Notes under the pieces: model-generated
What the model was told of the DNA's origin: nothing
Database searches by the model: none
What the model saw: the letters and a program-made list of their open reading frames with translations, nothing else
Position numbers and translations under genes: made by a program
Shown: piece by piece, positions 29,277 to 38,720 of the stretch
Numbering within the stretch: the stretch's first letter is position 1
How the letters are laid out: each line of letters begins with the position of its first letter
Origin: a virus
Taxonomy: Duplodnaviria > Caudoviricetes
DNA length: 61,029 nucleotides
Virus record (IMG/VR): IMGVR_UViG_3300027985_000418
Location: 1-61,029 of that record
Direction: 5' to 3' (one strand)

Positions 29277-30032
29277 ATGGAATATATATCGCAAGATGGT
29301 ATTAATCTTCTTAAACTTGCTCAATCTGGTAATACAGTAGCAGAAGATACTTTAATTAGATTAATCAAGGACAAATTTATGAATAAACGTATCGGTAGGT
29401 ATCTTTACAGGAACAGGCAAGCAGAAACAGATGATCTTAAACAGGAATTTCTAATAGGAGTCGCACTCAATATACATAAGGCAAGAATTGATATTGGAGA
29501 TCCTATTGAATATTTAATTAATCAAGGGGTATATCGAGTTAGGTCTTATTTACGCAAAAATATTATACAGAATACAATTCAAATTTGTAGGGATTGTGGT
29601 AATAAATCAAGATTAAATAAAAATGCTAATGGTAATGGTTACATATGTAAAAAGTGTGGTAGTATACATATTGATACACATGAACTTGACGATCACAATG
29701 ATATATTGCTAGAAAACATCATTGAAGAATTAGATATTGAGGATCAGGTATTATCAACATTATTTATGAAAGAATTTGAAAATACATTAACCCAGGGAAC
29801 AAATGTTTGTAGGTTATATGAATTATTAAAATCTGGAATAAATCGCCAAAATCCCGAAATAAAGAATTATATAAAAGAAATTGCAAAGTTGTGGGGTAAT
29901 TGTTCAGAGCAAAACGTAGTTAGAAATATAGAGAAACTACGTAACCGAATTGAAGCTTTTGCAAGACAGAATAATGCAATTATTAAAAATGGTGTCTTTA
30001 TTATAATAGATGGTGGTGATAATATTGGCTGA
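29277..30032 (+). CDS. Sigma-70-family-like factor with a zinc-ribbon insertion
   Basis: LAQSGNTVAEDTLI and DDLKQEFLIG (regions 1.2/2), CRDCG..CKKCG insert, C-terminal HTH-like EIAKLWG. Confidence 0.65.
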   Translation: MEYISQDGINLLKLAQSGNTVAEDTLIRLIKDKFMNKRIGRYLYRNRQAETDDLKQEFLIGVALNIHKARIDIGDPIEYLINQGVYRVRSYLRKNIIQNTIQICRDCGNKSRLNKNANGNGYICKKCGSIHIDTHELDDHNDILLENIIEELDIEDQVLSTLFMKEFENTLTQGTNVCRLYELLKSGINRQNPEIKNYIKEIAKLWGNCSEQNVVRNIEKLRNRIEAFARQNNAIIKNGVFIIIDGGDNIG

Positions 30033-30984
30033 TAATCAAAAAGAGTTTAAATGTACGGCATGTGGTAAAATAATAATGGCTACAAAGTTTGCATCGGCTA
30101 AAACTATTAAATGCGATGAATGTAAACAGAAGAAAGTATCATCAAATCCACAGATTGTGAGTGAAATATTAGAAGAATGTAAAAAGAAAGATACTACTCC
30201 TAATACACAACCAAATACTAGCAATACAAAAATGTTACCATGTATACAATGTGGCAAAATAGTTGAGGTAACTAAATTTGCATCAGCAAGTAAGGTATTA
30301 TGTAATGAATGTAAAGGTACGGATACTATCAAAAAATCCAATACACCAAAAAATCTAAAGATTGACATTAGTAAATTGCATGGTATGCCACCAATTACTG
30401 AATATTATGTAATACCATCAATAATCAATAACCCTAGATTAAGGGATGTTCAATGTCCTGCATGTGGGCAACCACATATGAAGATATTAAATATCTTGGA
30501 TTATAGTATCTATGGATTAATAATTCATTATCAATGTGAAAATTGTTATGCATTATGGAGTATATCAGAGCAATGCAACCATATAGTCAAAACATATAAA
30601 CAAGGCGAATTATATGATTATAGTGGAGATGCAATAAATCAGTTATTGTCTGCAACTGATCATACAAGATTGCATACAACAATTAGATATTTATTGGATA
30701 TATTGATACAACACAATATATCAATACCACCCATGGATATACCATTGTATAGATTCTCAAAAGAAAAACCAATACCTGTTGGATTCACTATAGATAAAAA
30801 TACTGAATTAATTGGCATGGCGAAACATTTAGCAGATATGTTCAAAACAGCAACACGACAAGGTGAAAGTGATGATACTATTGAGGGAAGTAGATATATT
30901 ACGATTAGTGATACATTAGCAAATAAACTATCTACTAAATTATTACAATTATTAGAAAATCTTGATTATAATACAAATGATTGA
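30010..30984 (+). CDS. Multi-zinc-finger protein
   Basis: Two repeats of CxxCGK...TKFASA...CxEC plus CPACG/CENC. Confidence 0.7.
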   Translation: MVVIILADNQKEFKCTACGKIIMATKFASAKTIKCDECKQKKVSSNPQIVSEILEECKKKDTTPNTQPNTSNTKMLPCIQCGKIVEVTKFASASKVLCNECKGTDTIKKSNTPKNLKIDISKLHGMPPITEYYVIPSIINNPRLRDVQCPACGQPHMKILNILDYSIYGLIIHYQCENCYALWSISEQCNHIVKTYKQGELYDYSGDAINQLLSATDHTRLHTTIRYLLDILIQHNISIPPMDIPLYRFSKEKPIPVGFTIDKNTELIGMAKHLADMFKTATRQGESDDTIEGSRYITISDTLANKLSTKLLQLLENLDYNTND

Positions 30985-30994
30985 AATTAAATAA

Positions 30995-31024
30995 TTTATT
31001 ATGGATGATGCCTAATACTATATA
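30995..31024 (+). promoter_or_regulatory. Putative middle promoter (TTTATT-N18-TATATA)
   Basis: Variant of the motif found upstream of purZ, ssb, adk and dnaE. Confidence 0.3.
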
Positions 31025-31076
31025 CTTATTACAAGGTGATGTTAGGCATCATAAATCATATTTAGGAGGAATAATA

Positions 31077-32366
31077 ATGGGATTAGAAAGAAACAATATT
31101 CTATTACAGATTTATAGAAATAGGTCTGAAATGGAATGTGATTTAGTGTTAAAGGATACTGGTGAGATAATCGATAGGATACCTGTTCAATTTAAGTCAA
31201 GGGAAAATAAATTGGATTATCTATCGGTATCTAAGATCCATGCTTATGAGCAATGTCCTGCATGTTTCTATAAACAATATATATCAGATGATGGTATCAC
31301 AAATGATGGTAGTAATTTCTTTACTGTGTTTGGTAGTATATTACATGAAGTTGTTGAATTGGCATCAAGATATTATACAGACAATGGTGTAATAGTTGAT
31401 CCAATTACAATATATGATGATGTATGGAAAAATCACAACTTATCAGATTTTAATGCATACAAAGAGGGCAAGACCTTGATAAGAGATTATTTCACTAATA
31501 ACCCAATAGACCAACGTAAAGATAATACATACGGTGTCGAAGTGGAGTGGCGAGGAGAGTTAGGTGGTGTAACATTTGGACTAATGTTTGACTATATTGG
31601 AATTATGAAAGAAGATCCTACAGTTGGTGTATTAAAAGATTACAAAACAAACAGAATGCCATTTACTCCAGGCGAACTTGAAGATAGTTTGCAATTATGT
31701 ATTTATGAGATAATATTACGAAGACATATCTTACCAGATATAAAAACATGGGTTACTGGATATGAAATGTTCAGATTTGGTTGGCAACAATGTCCACAAC
31801 GTTCTGAAGAAGATTTATTAAATGCTGAAAAATATGTTGAAAATATTGCATATCAGATTAAGCATGATAATAAGTGGGAAGAAAAATTGAATAACTATTG
31901 TGGATATCGTGATTGCAGATTTACTTGTAAGAAATATAAAGATTTTATAGAAAACCCACAAAATTATATTGATGTTATACTCACAGATACTACGGATCTC
32001 GAAAAATTAGAAAAGGAACGTGAACTGCTAACTACGTATGAAAAAATAGCAAAATCACGTAAGGAAGATGCCGCAAATATTATTAAGACTAAACTTGAAC
32101 AATGTATGATAAATGGCGAAAAACTTATCATTGATGGCAAAGAATTATCATTATATTCAAGTGGTAAGTCAACTTATGACTACTATGATACAAAAAATGT
32201 ATTATTAGTAAATAATAAGTTAGATATCTTGGACAAATGTTTGTCGATACAGAAGACTAAACTTGATAAGGAAATCGCAAACATACCAGAATTAGCATTG
32301 CAATTAGCAGGTTGTCAGCATACAAGTTATGCTTCACCATATATTGTTAAGAAAAAGGCGAAATAG
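31077..32366 (+). CDS. PD-(D/E)XK exonuclease, RecB/Cas4-like with Fe-S cysteines
   Basis: LSVSKI..YEQCP, GSILH, E...FD...DYKT, QLCIY and CGYRDCRFTC motifs. Confidence 0.85.
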   Translation: MGLERNNILLQIYRNRSEMECDLVLKDTGEIIDRIPVQFKSRENKLDYLSVSKIHAYEQCPACFYKQYISDDGITNDGSNFFTVFGSILHEVVELASRYYTDNGVIVDPITIYDDVWKNHNLSDFNAYKEGKTLIRDYFTNNPIDQRKDNTYGVEVEWRGELGGVTFGLMFDYIGIMKEDPTVGVLKDYKTNRMPFTPGELEDSLQLCIYEIILRRHILPDIKTWVTGYEMFRFGWQQCPQRSEEDLLNAEKYVENIAYQIKHDNKWEEKLNNYCGYRDCRFTCKKYKDFIENPQNYIDVILTDTTDLEKLEKERELLTTYEKIAKSRKEDAANIIKTKLEQCMINGEKLIIDGKELSLYSSGKSTYDYYDTKNVLLVNNKLDILDKCLSIQKTKLDKEIANIPELALQLAGCQHTSYASPYIVKKKAK

Positions 32367-32372
32367 ACATTA

Positions 32373-32402
32373 TAAATGGTGGCGAAAGTCACCATTATTT
32401 TT
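32373..32402 (+). terminator. Intrinsic terminator
   Basis: AATGGTGGC-GAAA-GTCACCATT followed by a T-rich tail. Confidence 0.65.
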
Positions 32403-32415
32403 AGGAGGACATAAT

Positions 32416-33075
32416 ATGAAATATAAATTTAAAGAATATATTTTATCAATTATATTAATATTAATATTATTAGTAGGTATATCGATTGGAATACATATTG
32501 AATTATATAAACAAGAGGATATTACTAATAGCAGTAATATCGATTGTATTGATGAATATGTTGTATCATCAATACCTATTATAACACAGTTAGCGATTTC
32601 AGAAGAAATCGAGGAAATACATAATCATTATGTTGATGTAGATTTTGATATAATATATCAAGATTATTTATATTCATTATGTGATGGTAATGATCAAAAA
32701 TATTATATCATAATGGCAATGATATATCACGAGAGTCATTATAATATAAATATAACATCACCTATCAGAAGTGATGGTTCGTGTGATATGGGATTAGTTC
32801 AAATGAATAGCAAATATTTAGAATATGAACAGGATAGATTAAACTATAAATTTGATCCATATAATCCATATGATGCTATAAAATATATTAGTATTAGATA
32901 TGATGAAGAATATGAATATTGGTCAAATAGTGAAAGTGGTATCAACTTAATAAAATGTATCTTAGGATCATATAATAAAGGCAGACAAGGTTATAATAAA
33001 TATAAGAATAATAATGGATATGATTATTATTATACAAATAACGTATTAGATACATATAATACAATGATTTTATAA
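32416..33075 (+). CDS. Membrane-anchored lytic transglycosylase (SLT domain)
   Basis: N-terminal TM; AMIYHES, GLVQMN and SYNKG motifs; AGGAGG RBS. Confidence 0.8.
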   Translation: MKYKFKEYILSIILILILLVGISIGIHIELYKQEDITNSSNIDCIDEYVVSSIPIITQLAISEEIEEIHNHYVDVDFDIIYQDYLYSLCDGNDQKYYIIMAMIYHESHYNINITSPIRSDGSCDMGLVQMNSKYLEYEQDRLNYKFDPYNPYDAIKYISIRYDEEYEYWSNSESGINLIKCILGSYNKGRQGYNKYKNNNGYDYYYTNNVLDTYNTMIL

Positions 33076-33114
33076 TCAATCCACAATATAATATATAATC
33101 ATTGAAACACAGAA
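33069..33114 (+). promoter_or_regulatory. Putative middle promoter upstream of purZ
   Basis: TTTATA-N17-TATATA plus ATTGAAACACAGAA, shared with 34807-34852. Confidence 0.6.
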
Positions 33115-33144
33115 TAAATGTTAATAAAATAAAGGAGTGAGATT

Positions 33145-34323
33145 ATGAGAGATAATCAAAGCAGAGGTAAGGTAACAGTAGTTTTAGATTCTCAAGCAGG
33201 TTCGTGTGGCAAGGGTAAATTTATAGGATATTTAGCCACACATGACAATATTGATATTGCTATGAACAATTTTATGTCAAATGCAGGTCATACAATGGTG
33301 ACTAATGATGGTAATAAAATCATGACACAGCATCTGCCAACATCACTAGCAGATCCAAACATTTTCTTATTAATAGGTCCAGGTTCAGCTATTACACCAA
33401 ATATCCTATTTGATGAAATACTTAAATTCTGTGATTTGCTTGATGATAGAAGAATTGTAATTCATCCAAGAGCAAATGTAATCCTCCCTAAACATTCAGA
33501 AATTGAAAGACAAACTATAAGATCTGGATCAACATTTAAGGGTTGTGGTGCGGCATGTGCAGATAAGGTTATGAGGACTGCAATATTATTTGGCGAATGG
33601 TTTAAAAATACTGATTGGTCAAATATGCTGAACACTAAAGGTGAGAAATACTCACAAGAAGATATTTCGTACATTTATGATACAATTGATATTGAAGACA
33701 CAATGCCAATAATCAATCAATATATTGATTGTAATTATAATGTTCTAATTGAGGGATCACAAGGATGTGATCTTGATATCAATTATGGATTGGGGTATCC
33801 ACACACAACAAGTCGGCAATGTCATGCAGGACAGCTGATAGCTGATTGTGGTATATCGCCAAAGCTTGTTGATGAAATCATTATGATAATGCGACCATAT
33901 CCAATCCGTATCAGTAATGAGACAAATATTGGTATTAATATATCAAGTGGTGATTATGATGGTGCTGATGAAATATCATGGGATATCGTTAAAGAAAGAT
34001 GTGGTGCACCTGCTGAAATGGACTTCGGTGAAATGACTACTGTTACAAAGAAACAACGTAGGGTATTTGAAATGAATTGGAGTAGACTCGAGTATGTAAC
34101 TATGCTAAACAGACCAACGCAGATTGCATTAAATTTCGTACAATACATTGATTTCAATGCATATGGTTGTACGTCTTATGATCAATTATCACAAAAGGTA
34201 ATTGATTTTATTAATAAGGTTGAGGATGTTACTGGAGTACCAGTTACATTGATTGGTACTGGTGAGAGAAATGATCAGATTATTGATCTGAGAGATATTA
34301 AAATTGGAGGTAAAAACAAATGA
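33145..34323 (+). CDS. purZ: PurZ: N6-succino-2-amino-dAMP synthase (PurA paralog of the 2-aminoadenine pathway)
   Basis: DSQAGSCGKG (Ser where PurA has the catalytic Asp of GDEGKG), NAGHT, GSTFKG, EGSQG, YPHTTSR, RPYPIRI, TTVTKKQRRVF, and LNFVQY in place of the PurA GTP-binding TKLD. Confidence 0.88.
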   Translation: MRDNQSRGKVTVVLDSQAGSCGKGKFIGYLATHDNIDIAMNNFMSNAGHTMVTNDGNKIMTQHLPTSLADPNIFLLIGPGSAITPNILFDEILKFCDLLDDRRIVIHPRANVILPKHSEIERQTIRSGSTFKGCGAACADKVMRTAILFGEWFKNTDWSNMLNTKGEKYSQEDISYIYDTIDIEDTMPIINQYIDCNYNVLIEGSQGCDLDINYGLGYPHTTSRQCHAGQLIADCGISPKLVDEIIMIMRPYPIRISNETNIGINISSGDYDGADEISWDIVKERCGAPAEMDFGEMTTVTKKQRRVFEMNWSRLEYVTMLNRPTQIALNFVQYIDFNAYGCTSYDQLSQKVIDFINKVEDVTGVPVTLIGTGERNDQIIDLRDIKIGGKNK

Positions 34324-34796
34324 AAATTGTAGACTTACCAAAATACGGTATTGATGATGTTATTGATTTATCTAGTAAGATTGATGGCTTGGCTGATAGG
34401 ATTAAGATTATCAAAGCTATAGTAGACAGATCTGGCAAATGGTCATATGAAGTGAAATCAGAAAAGAATGGTGGGAAAATTGAACTGACGGAACAATTCA
34501 TATCTAAGAATAAAATTAATAAGAATTATCATGGAGTATATAATAATACTACAATTATTGATCTTATGGCACAGGGATATAGATTCTGTGGTAATGATGA
34601 GGTATTTGCTGCTAGAGCAAAAGCTGAAAAGATAAAAGATCTAAAATTGCCGAGTATTATTGCTATTAGAATATATAATGCATATGACCATCGTGGTAAT
34701 ATACTTGGTAATAATATGAGAGGAGTATGGGTTAAATATTCAATGAGTATATTTGATCCATGTGATAATAAGGGTGAATATGAAAGAATTCTATAA
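34320..34796 (+). CDS. Hypothetical protein translationally coupled to purZ
   Basis: ATGA overlap with the purZ stop; GGAGGT RBS. Confidence 0.7.
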   Translation: MKIVDLPKYGIDDVIDLSSKIDGLADRIKIIKAIVDRSGKWSYEVKSEKNGGKIELTEQFISKNKINKNYHGVYNNTTIIDLMAQGYRFCGNDEVFAARAKAEKIKDLKLPSIIAIRIYNAYDHRGNILGNNMRGVWVKYSMSIFDPCDNKGEYERIL

Positions 34797-34806
34797 ACAC
34801 AGATAT

Positions 34807-34852
34807 TTTATAATTAGTCAACGATGTGATATATAATAATTGAAACACAGAA
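34807..34852 (+). promoter_or_regulatory. Putative middle promoter upstream of ssb
   Basis: TTTATA-N17-TATATA plus ATTGAAACACAGAA. Confidence 0.6.
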
Positions 34853-34885
34853 GTGTTTACTTTAAGAACAGAGGAGTGATCATTA

Positions 34886-35947
34886 ATGGGATGGGATAAC
34901 GTAACAGGTGATGCGAAAATCGTTCCAAGTGCAGGTGGTAATAGTAATGAGATCAAATTGGAAAATGGTAAGGCTCGTAGGGTAAGAATATTGGATAATG
35001 AACCATATTCATATCTTGAACACACATTGGAAATTGATGGTTTAGAAAATGGGCAACCTACAAAAACATTCAGAACAATCAGATGTCCAAAAACATCAGA
35101 TAATCCAAATGCACATTGTCCATTATGTGATGGACAGGTATTGAAGAGAAGAATAAGACATGCGATAAATGTATGGGATTATGAAACAAATTCCGTTCAG
35201 AAATTGAATGCAGGTGAAAATGTCTTCAAACCAATTGCAACAACACGCAAACTGGGTGTCGATATTCTGAGTGTTGATTGGGCGATCCTAAAAACTGGTG
35301 AGGGAAGAAATGATACTACATATAGTGCCACAAATCTTGGACCATCACCATTTACACTATCAGAGGGTACAAGCCTTTATGATTTAAAATCTGACTATGC
35401 ACCACATAGTGTGGATGATATGAAACAGATTATTGAATCTTGTGGTGGAAATTGGGATACTTGTATTACACAACCAACACTAATGTATCCATCATTACAA
35501 GATGCACTTGCTCATGTAATGCCAAATGGCAAATATAAGGACAAAACTTTTCAACAGATTTGGGATTTAGACAAATCTCCAAAGGGTATGATCAATTATT
35601 TGGCGACAAAATCTGATCGTATTACAATGGAAAAGGCATGTGCTCAAGTAATACTTGTTAATTTGGGCGGTGCTAATATTCCAGGTGTCCCACTTGATGG
35701 ACAAACATCTACTGCTGCATCAACTGCAACTGTATCAACTGCACCAACTGCAACTGCACCAACTGCAGACAGAACAAATAAGATTAATAACATTAATCAA
35801 CTTTTGGCAACAAAACCAAAGTATGTTAATGGTGGATTTAATCTTATTATGGAAGTTATGAAATCAGTTGGTAATGGGAAAACCAATATCAGCGATTTCA
35901 CCGATGCCGAACTTGATGCAATGCTAACAGAGTGTAACAAAGACTAA
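34886..35947 (+). CDS. Single-stranded DNA-binding protein (T4 gp32-like)
   Basis: RRVRIL, H, C...CPLC zinc site, INVWD, KTGEG..TTY; low-complexity linker and acidic end. Confidence 0.7.
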   Translation: MGWDNVTGDAKIVPSAGGNSNEIKLENGKARRVRILDNEPYSYLEHTLEIDGLENGQPTKTFRTIRCPKTSDNPNAHCPLCDGQVLKRRIRHAINVWDYETNSVQKLNAGENVFKPIATTRKLGVDILSVDWAILKTGEGRNDTTYSATNLGPSPFTLSEGTSLYDLKSDYAPHSVDDMKQIIESCGGNWDTCITQPTLMYPSLQDALAHVMPNGKYKDKTFQQIWDLDKSPKGMINYLATKSDRITMEKACAQVILVNLGGANIPGVPLDGQTSTAASTATVSTAPTATAPTADRTNKINNINQLLATKPKYVNGGFNLIMEVMKSVGNGKTNISDFTDAELDAMLTECNKD

Positions 35948-35988
35948 GTAATTGTATTACGGACAAAATTAAATCAAATTTTACAACA

Positions 35989-36033
35989 AACTTAGGCTAC
36001 CACTCTATTAATTTGGGTTTGGTAGCCTAAGTT
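35989..36033 (+). terminator. Hairpin / terminator after ssb
   Basis: AACTTAGGCTACCA/TGGTAGCCTAAGTT perfect 14-bp stem. Confidence 0.7.
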
Positions 36034-36046
36034 ATATTAAAGGAGT

Positions 36047-36367
36047 ATGATAGGTATGGTAATTTATAATAAATGTAAAAGTTGTGGACAAGATTTTCCA
36101 ATTTATGACAAAGAGCAAGAATACATCAAGGAGAAACAATTTGATATGCCTACAAGATGCCGAAAATGTAGGGAGAAATTAAAGGGGATACATCCAACTA
36201 TCTTTACTTGTAAGGATTGTGGTAAGGAATTTCGCCTTACAAATAAGGAATATAATTTTTATACATCACGCAATCTAGAGATTCCAAAACGATGCAAATC
36301 ATGTGCGATTATTAAGAAAAAATTTAATGAGAACGAAAAGAAAAAGGAATTATCTAACAATGGATAG
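36047..36367 (+). CDS. Tandem zinc-ribbon protein (zf-trcl-like)
   Basis: Two copies of CKxCGxxF...E..(F/Y)...PxRCxxC. Confidence 0.8.
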   Translation: MIGMVIYNKCKSCGQDFPIYDKEQEYIKEKQFDMPTRCRKCREKLKGIHPTIFTCKDCGKEFRLTNKEYNFYTSRNLEIPKRCKSCAIIKKKFNENEKKKELSNNG

Positions 36368-36908
36368 GGATAAGCAGAAAAAGATAAACAGAAATAACCG
36401 TAAACGTGGTAGTGCATTTGAAAAACGTGTAGCAAGTATCCTGGATATGGACTTAGTGCCATATTCGGGATCAAATGCTAGATTTGGATATGGTGATATT
36501 CGTGATAGCCTATGGTTAGGTGAATGTAAAAATATCACAGCCGATGTTAATAATCGTGTAACAATATTACATTCATGGCTTGATAAGAATATAAAACGTG
36601 CTGAAGATATTGGACATATACCATTTCTGGCATTTGTTGCTAATGGTAGACCATCAAAATATATTATATTAGATGAATCAACATTTTATATGATGAATGC
36701 ATTGATACATGATAGAATAACATTACCAAAGGCATCAAAGAAATCAGTCAATCTAATTATATCATTGGATGTAATATCAAAGATTAATAATAAGATTATA
36801 CAATTAGATTTTGATGGCGAATACTGGTATATTATGAGTATTGAGAGATTTAAAGATTTAATTAATAAATCTCAACTTAAAGGGTGTCGCTATCATATAA
36901 TGAATTAA
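36360..36908 (+). CDS. Holliday junction resolvase-like PD-(D/E)XK nuclease
   Basis: NRKRGSAFEKRVA, SG, GD and ECK motifs. Confidence 0.75.
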   Translation: MDRDKQKKINRNNRKRGSAFEKRVASILDMDLVPYSGSNARFGYGDIRDSLWLGECKNITADVNNRVTILHSWLDKNIKRAEDIGHIPFLAFVANGRPSKYIILDESTFYMMNALIHDRITLPKASKKSVNLIISLDVISKINNKIIQLDFDGEYWYIMSIERFKDLINKSQLKGCRYHIMN

Positions 36909-36919
36909 TGGAGGTATAT

Positions 36920-37210
36920 ATGATATTATTAGAATCATATAGCTGTAAACAATACTACAATGATGGTTGTGTAGAATTTACAGATTTCATACAATTGGAC
37001 AATGGTAATAGAATATGTATTAATGATATTAATCCATACAATAATATTGATTGTATAGTAGTGGATTGTTATGTGCATCCTGAATCTGATGCATATTGGA
37101 TTATATGTAAACACAAAGATGGGCAATATTTTGAAATAGATGTACCAAATGGTATTGGTTATGGTGAATTTAAAGATACTTCAAAATTGAGTGGTGGTTC
37201 ACAATGGTAG
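36920..37210 (+). CDS. Hypothetical protein
   Basis: GGAGGT RBS. Confidence 0.6.
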   Translation: MILLESYSCKQYYNDGCVEFTDFIQLDNGNRICINDINPYNNIDCIVVDCYVHPESDAYWIICKHKDGQYFEIDVPNGIGYGEFKDTSKLSGGSQW

Positions 37211-38670
37211 TTAAAATTGAGGTAAGCAATACACAATGTAAGATAATAAATAAACTTAATACAACACAACTATCGGTACTACAGGAAATATGTTCATTTA
37301 CTGTTGAGGGATCAGAATTTAAGAAAGCACAATATAAATCTAAATCTATTGATTGGGATGGAAGAAGAAAATTATTTAATATACAATATCAGACATTTCC
37401 AATAGGTTTATTATCATTAATATGTAAAACATTTAATAATGCGGGTATAAATACCGAGATCATCAGCAATAGGAAAAATGCAAGTAATAATATATCATAT
37501 CATATGAATAATACATTTGAAATGAGAGATTATCAGACACAAGCCGTAATAGCATCAATATTACATGGTAATGGGATTATTAAAGCGGCTACTGGTGCAG
37601 GCAAAACTACTATAGCAGCCAGGACTATTGGTGGGTTACGTGGTAGGGCTATATTTATTGTACCTACACGTGATTTATTGTATCAAACTAAGAATTCATT
37701 CAGCAAGATATTTTGTGAAGAAACTATTGGTCAGATAGGTGATGGCAAGATTGATTATCAAAATATTACTGTTGCCACCATACAATCTTTAGCAATATTA
37801 GGTGATATCACATATTCGTCATATAAATATGATGAAGAAAAGCAGGATAAGGAAATATTGAATATTAATAAATATGATAAAACTGTATTTAAGAAATATA
37901 TTAATACTGTTGACATATTAATGTTTGATGAAGTACAGAGGATATGTAGTAGGACAGCATATGCTATTCGATTTATGTTTGATAAATCAAATTATGCATT
38001 TGGGTATTCTGCATCACCATGGAGAGATGATGGATCTGATTTAATGATTACGGCATCATTTGGCGATAGAATATGTGATATATCTGCAAGTGAATTGATT
38101 GATAAAGGATATCTAGTTCAACCAACTATTATTATCAAAAATAATACAAACTGTCTATGGGATGGTACTGAATATGGTACAGTATATCGTACAGCTATTG
38201 TTGAAAATATGTTTAGAAATATGATGATTGTACAAGACGCTATAGATTATTATAATCAACATAAAAATACACTAATATTAGTAACACAATTAAAACATGG
38301 TGAAATTATACAAAATATGTTGAATAATATGGATATACCTGCTATATTTATATCTGGTAAATCTGGTATGAAAAAACGTACTAAAATAATTACTGATATG
38401 AGAAATGGTAATTGTCCGATAGTAATAGCATCAACCATTGCAGATGTAGGTTTAGATGTTCCCAGATTAGAGGTATTAATTGAAGCAGGTGCAGGTAAAT
38501 CATCGGTAACAGCATTACAAAGATTAGGTAGAATTATGCGACCATTTCCAGGTAAATCACAATGTACATTTATAACATATGATGATAATGTACCATATAT
38601 TGCACACCATATTAAAAAGAAAATCAATATATGGTCAACAGAGCCGAATTTTATAATACGATATGAATAA
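37204..38670 (+). CDS. SF2 DEAD/DEAH helicase (UvsW-like)
   Basis: RDYQ, ATGAGKT, DEVQ, SAS, GLDVP and QRLGRIMR motifs. Confidence 0.9.
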   Translation: MVVKIEVSNTQCKIINKLNTTQLSVLQEICSFTVEGSEFKKAQYKSKSIDWDGRRKLFNIQYQTFPIGLLSLICKTFNNAGINTEIISNRKNASNNISYHMNNTFEMRDYQTQAVIASILHGNGIIKAATGAGKTTIAARTIGGLRGRAIFIVPTRDLLYQTKNSFSKIFCEETIGQIGDGKIDYQNITVATIQSLAILGDITYSSYKYDEEKQDKEILNINKYDKTVFKKYINTVDILMFDEVQRICSRTAYAIRFMFDKSNYAFGYSASPWRDDGSDLMITASFGDRICDISASELIDKGYLVQPTIIIKNNTNCLWDGTEYGTVYRTAIVENMFRNMMIVQDAIDYYNQHKNTLILVTQLKHGEIIQNMLNNMDIPAIFISGKSGMKKRTKIITDMRNGNCPIVIASTIADVGLDVPRLEVLIEAGAGKSSVTALQRLGRIMRPFPGKSQCTFITYDDNVPYIAHHIKKKINIWSTEPNFIIRYE

Positions 38671-38720
38671 ACCATATAAAGAATGAAACCGATAATGGCT
38701 AAATTTAAGGAGGAATTGTA

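Noticed and set aside
31077-32366. CRISPR Cas4
   Set aside because: Stand-alone RecB/Cas4-like exonuclease in a replication context; no array or cas1
33145-34323. Ordinary adenylosuccinate synthetase (purA) as an auxiliary metabolic gene
   Set aside because: Lacks the GDEGKG Asp and the TKLD GTP motif; has the Ser and NF..Y pattern of PurZ
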